From positions 3,224,001 to 3,288,000 of the forward strand of contig CATNEN010000001.1 in assembly GCA_950097015.1 (NCBI GenBank): 64,000 nt of DNA. Reading direction: 5' to 3'. A program made the position numbers and the translations under genes. Origin of the DNA: Macrostomum hystrix (Eukaryota > Animalia > Platyhelminthes). Positions 59,416 to 64,000 of this stretch are shown here, in pieces (within the stretch, counting starts at the first letter, position 1; each line of letters begins with the position of its first letter). The notes beneath the pieces are model-generated. The model made no database searches, was not told the origin of the DNA, and worked only from the letters and a program-made list of their open reading frames with translations.

Positions 59416-60147
59416 AGTTTTTTTTCAGTAACATGATTTTATTATCTAAGACACTTCAAATAGAATTAGCCATTCCGTGTGTTGCAATAATTTGCTAAAA
59501 ACTGCTTCGCTGCCATTGGCTGGAGCAGCAAATCGTGTTTCTCCAGCTATCTTCTGATTGGTTTAGACTGGGCATCAAATTAGAATAGAATTATACCAGA
59601 AATACAAGACAGGCAGCTGAGATTGAAAACTTGAAAAAAAAATTTGAGACGAATTCCATTCTGCAAGCAATCGCCTTGTTTATCGCTTTTTTTCCTAGAA
59701 AATCAAAAGTTACAACAATCTATAACCTGTCAAGGTAGGTCCACACTGTTTGTACTATTCTGCGAAGCAAAAGAAATGGTTGAAAATAATTGTCTTCAGT
59801 GTCTTGATTAATTGAAAGTGACAAGTTGATAATGTGGAAGATAATGGGTTTTTAGAGTGAACTCAGCGCAACATTCGCTACTACAGCCTATTTTAACAAA
59901 AAAAACAACCAATTGGAAAGCTGATTCAATTTTCTGCTTTTCTAGTTATTTTTTTCTCTCGACAAGAAAAGCACTTAAGCATCTAGCGATGTGTGATGTT
60001 ACGAGTATTACTGAAACAATAATAATATATAATTGCTGAGTTGCGTTTGATTGCTTTTGCAACTGCTCAACGCTATTTTTGTCAACGCATTTGGCTCTTT
60101 TGATTCTAATGCATTCGTTCTAATTTGTAATCATGGCTTTAGCTTTC

Positions 60148-60495
60148 TATCGCCCTAATCTCACTCTCGCCCTAATCTCACTCTCGCCCTAATCTCACTC
60201 TCGCCCTAATCTCACTCTCGCCCTAATCTCACTCTCGCCCTAATGTCACTATCGCCCTAATCTCACTATCGCCTTATCTCACTCTCGCCCTAAACTCACT
60301 ATCGCCTTATCTCACTCTCGCCCTAATCTCACTATCTCCCTAATCCCACTCTCGCCCTAATCTGACTCTCGCCCTTATCTCACTATCGCCCTAATCTCAC
60401 TCTCGCCCTAATCTCACTATCGCACTAAACTCACTCTCGCCCTAAACTCACTATCGCAATAATCTCACTATCGCCCTGAACTCACTCTCGCCCTC
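60148..60495. repeat. 17-bp minisatellite (CGCCCTAATCTCACTCT)
   Basis: About 20 copies. Confidence 0.9.
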
Positions 60496-62494
60496 AATAT
60501 CAGGCTCCTGAGCTTTGTCCCGCCAATCCAGCTGTCATCCAATCAGATATTTTATGACAATCTGACATTTCCTTTAGGCGAAGCGAACTTTTCAATAATT
60601 AATATGCTCCGGCTTTCGCTTAGTCTGGCTTCTGGGACGCCGCGTTAAAAATAGCATGAAAAATAATTCAGGAAAAAAATGAAGCATTAAAAGTTTACAT
60701 ATATTCATATATACGAGCTATATAGGATGAGGGATGAAAAAAATCATGATAAAAATCGACTTTGTAGCTCGTAAAGATAGAGAACTAGAAATCATAGAGA
60801 GAGAAGCCAAAATTTGGGATTTAGATTTTTAACTGGCAATGGCTTCTGGGCCTAAATGAATCCTAAACTGTGCTTGCTAACCAGCAGTTACTCTATTACG
60901 GGTTTCATCGCTGCCATTTTAGCAGCTGTCCCCAAAACTGAATCAATATTTTCCGGCAAAAAATCCCACCTGCTCTGACACCTGTAAAAGCAGATTAGAT
61001 AATTTAAGTTCCGTCTCAGTCCTTTTAATTATCTGCAAATTATCTACAGCCGGTTCGTATTTTCTTTGATATTGTGACAGGTGTCTTTTGTGCTGTCTTT
61101 GAAACTCTAGCAAAGGAGCTAGCAAAAGCAGAAACTATCGCATTAAGCTTCAATTGAAAAAAAGAAGCCTTTGTGAAAATGATTGTTAAAAGCTTCTCAG
61201 GTGTTTTATGGAGGATTGCGCATTTTGCGTTTGTCAGTAATCAGTGTCAAAAATCCCCATCAGTTTTTGGGATTCTTAAATCGAGTCAAAGGAATTCACG
61301 ATATCAGCAAGCATCAAAATTCATTTTTAATTTGACTCGGCTAAAATATTTCAAAAGAATTGACATTCTATATGCCACTTCTAAGGGGAAAGAAGAGATC
61401 TGAGAATGAGAATGTGACTTTTTTATATTTTAATTTTCCAAGAAACTAGCGCTTTTTTCTCATATTCTCCTATTAAAACAAATTTTGTTTCATTTTAATT
61501 TCTTGTAATCATACTGAGCTCCATGAATCAGTTGTCAATTTTGTTGATAAATTCGAATGTCGCACATGACTAAGGTACTCGTTGCTGAATTATTTATATT
61601 TAGCGGAATGATGCGCGTGATTTACGCTGACCATCTGGCACCAATTTAAAAACAGCTTATCGCAGCAGAATTATTTCCAAGAATACCGATTCAATTTCTC
61701 ATTTACGGGTTTTCTTGGTTAAGAAAGTTTAATATATCGTTGATTGTAGATAGCGTTATAGCATTATTTTATATAACTTTTAACAATTAATAAAGAGATC
61801 GAAATATAAACTTGTTATTCAAACACGTTAGATGTTGTATACTCAACCAGTTAGAAAAATCAACTAAATAATCAAACAAGTTGGTTGCTTTGGTAACTTA
61901 TATTAAACAGTTCTACTAATGTACTTTAGTGTTAAATCACCTCTATACAAGTGAACAATAATGCCCCCCTACCTTATGAGCAGCTGCACAGATGTTGCTT
62001 CACAAAACCACTTCGCCCGTCGAGATCTGTCAGTCCTTTTCTCTAGGAGAAACAATGGAGAAAAATAGCATACGCAGCAGCTTCTTATCATTCCAGGGAT
62101 TGATTGCTGGTTGGTTGCATTGTTGCTTAAAACGTTAGCATCATCACAAACCTAGTCTAGCGCGTCTGCGGAGCAGCAGAGAATGAGAGTGAATGCGGGT
62201 GGCACAGGCCCTATACCGCAGCACTTGTAACATGTGAATATGGCCAAGCTTTTTGACGAATTTTTATTTTCAAACAAGACTCCATTTAGTGGTGAAATAT
62301 TTTCTAGACAAAAGACCGCAGTTAAATTGCTGCAGCTATTGAAAGATTTGGGAAAAGGAATTGTTATGGGATTAGAAATATGGGAATCAGACAGCACTCG
62401 CTAGAATGACGATACAGACTAGAGATAAGTGGAAGGACAGGGTGAGAGATGAGGGAGGATGGGAGAAAGGGTGAGGGGTTATGAGAAGTAGATT

Positions 62495-64000
62495 GAGAAG
62501 CAGATTGAGAAGCAGATTGAGAAGGAGAGTGAGATGCAGAATGAGAAGCAGATTGAGAAGGAGAGTGAGAATGAGACTGAGAAGGAGAGTGAGAAGGAGA
62601 GTGAGAAGGAGAGTGAGAAGGAGACTGAGAAGGAGAGTGAGAAGGATTGTGAGAGGGAGAGTGAGAAGGAGACTGAGAAGGAGACTGAGAAGGAGAGTGA
62701 GAAGGATTGTGAGAGGGAGAGTGAGAAGGAGAGTGAGAAGAAGAGTGAGAAGGAGACTGAGAAGGAGAGTGAGAAGGAGAGTGAGAAGGAGAGTGAGAAG
62801 GATTGTGAGAGGGAGAGTGAGAAGAAGAGTGAGAAGAAGAGTGAGAAGGAGACTGAGATGGACAGTAAGACGGAGAGTGAGAAGGAGACTGAGATGGACA
62901 GTAAGAAGGAGACTGAGAAGGAGACTGAGAAGGAGACTGAGAAGGAGAGTGAGAAGGAGAGTGAGAAGGATTGTGAGAGGGAGAGTGAGAAGAAGAGTGA
63001 GAAGAAGAGTGAGAAGGAGACTGAGAAGGAGAGTGAGAAGGAGAGTGAGAAGGAGAGTGAGAAGGATTGTGAGAGGGAGAGTGAGAAGAAGAGTGAGAAG
63101 AAGAGTGAGAAGGAGACTGAGAAGGAGAGTGAGAAGGAGAGTGAGAAGGAGAGTGAGAAGGATTGTGAGAGGGAGAGTGAGAAGAAGAGTGAGAAGAAGA
63201 GTGAGAAGGAGACTGAGAAGGAGAGTGAGAAGGAGAGTGAGAAGGAGAGTGAGAAGGATTGTGAGAGGGAGAGTGAGAAGGAGAGTGAGAAGAAGAGTGA
63301 GAAGGAGACTGAGAAGGAGAGTGAGAAGGAGAGTGAGAAGGAGAGTGAGAAGGAGAGTGAGAAGGATTGTGAGAGGGAGAGTGAGAAGGAGAGTGAGAAG
63401 GAGACTGAGAAGGAGAGTGAGAAGGATTGTGAGAGGGAGAGTGAGAAGGAGAGTGAGAAGAAGAGTGAGAAGGAGACTGAGATGGACAGTAAGACGGAGA
63501 GTGAGAAGGAGACTGAGATGGACAGTAAGAAGGAGACTGAGAAGGAGACTGAGAAGGAGACTGAGAAGGAGAGTGAGAAGGATTGTGAGAGGGAGAGTGA
63601 GAAGAAGAGTGAGAAGAAGAGTGAGAAGGAGACTGAGAAGGAGAGTGAGAAGGAGAGTGAGAAGGAGAGTGAGAAGGATTGTGAGAGGGGGAGTGAGAAG
63701 AAGAGTGAGAAGAAGAGTGAGAAGGAGACTGAGAAGGAGAGTGAGAAGGATTGTGGGAGGGAGAGTGAGAAGGAGAGTGAGAAGGAGAGTGAGAAGGAGA
63801 CTGAGAAGGAGAGTGAGAAGGAGACTGAGAAGGAGAGTGAGAAGGAGACTGAGAAGGAGACTGAGAAGGAGAGTGAGAAGGAGAGTGAGAAGGAGACTGA
63901 GAAGGAGAGTGAGAAGGAGAGTGAGAAGGATTGTGAGAGGGAGAGTGAGAAGAAGAGTGAGAAGGAGACTGAGAAGGAGAGTGAGAAGGAGACTGAGAAG
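62495..64000. repeat. 12-bp purine-rich minisatellite (GAGAAGGAGAGT), runs off the window end
   Basis: Tandem periodicity with recurrent variants GAGAAGGATTGT and GAGAGGGAGAGT. Confidence 0.95.

Noticed and set aside
60148-60495. Interstitial telomere (CCCTAA)
   Set aside because: There is only one CCCTAA per 17-bp unit and no (TTAGGG)n run.
60943-61403. Short ORFs in the AT-rich distal region
   Set aside because: No recognisable homology and no phase-consistent exon chain.

Overview
Eukaryotic (animal) genomic DNA, probably a free-living flatworm such as Macrostomum. That assignment is an inference from the minisatellite-filled introns and CAG/polyQ-rich exons. I reconstructed five spliced protein-coding genes by hand with phase-consistent splice sites: a FAM53-like gene (+, 3015-4592), SPT2/SPTY2D1 (-, 12087-15360), HEATR5B-like (+, 17311-38955, 17 exons, ~2060 aa), a CCPG1-like membrane protein (+, 39817-44469, ~723 aa) and a MINDY1/2 deubiquitinase (+, 48619-51781, ~477 aa). 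About 30 unrelated minisatellite arrays fill most introns and intergenic gaps, and they explain nearly all long ORFs in the ORF track. Mobile DNA comprises a Gypsy RNase H fragment, two TA-flanked MITEs and three copies of a tRNA-headed SINE. The most notable observation is that one SINE copy inserted into a coding exon of the CCPG1-like gene and itself forms a spliceosomal intron. Its head supplies G|GTGAGT, the target-site duplication supplies the AG, and the net insertion is an in-frame 15 nt, so it is a candidate SINE-type 'introner'. Other observations include minisatellites built from splice signals or transcription-factor motifs and a possible trans-spliced operon.
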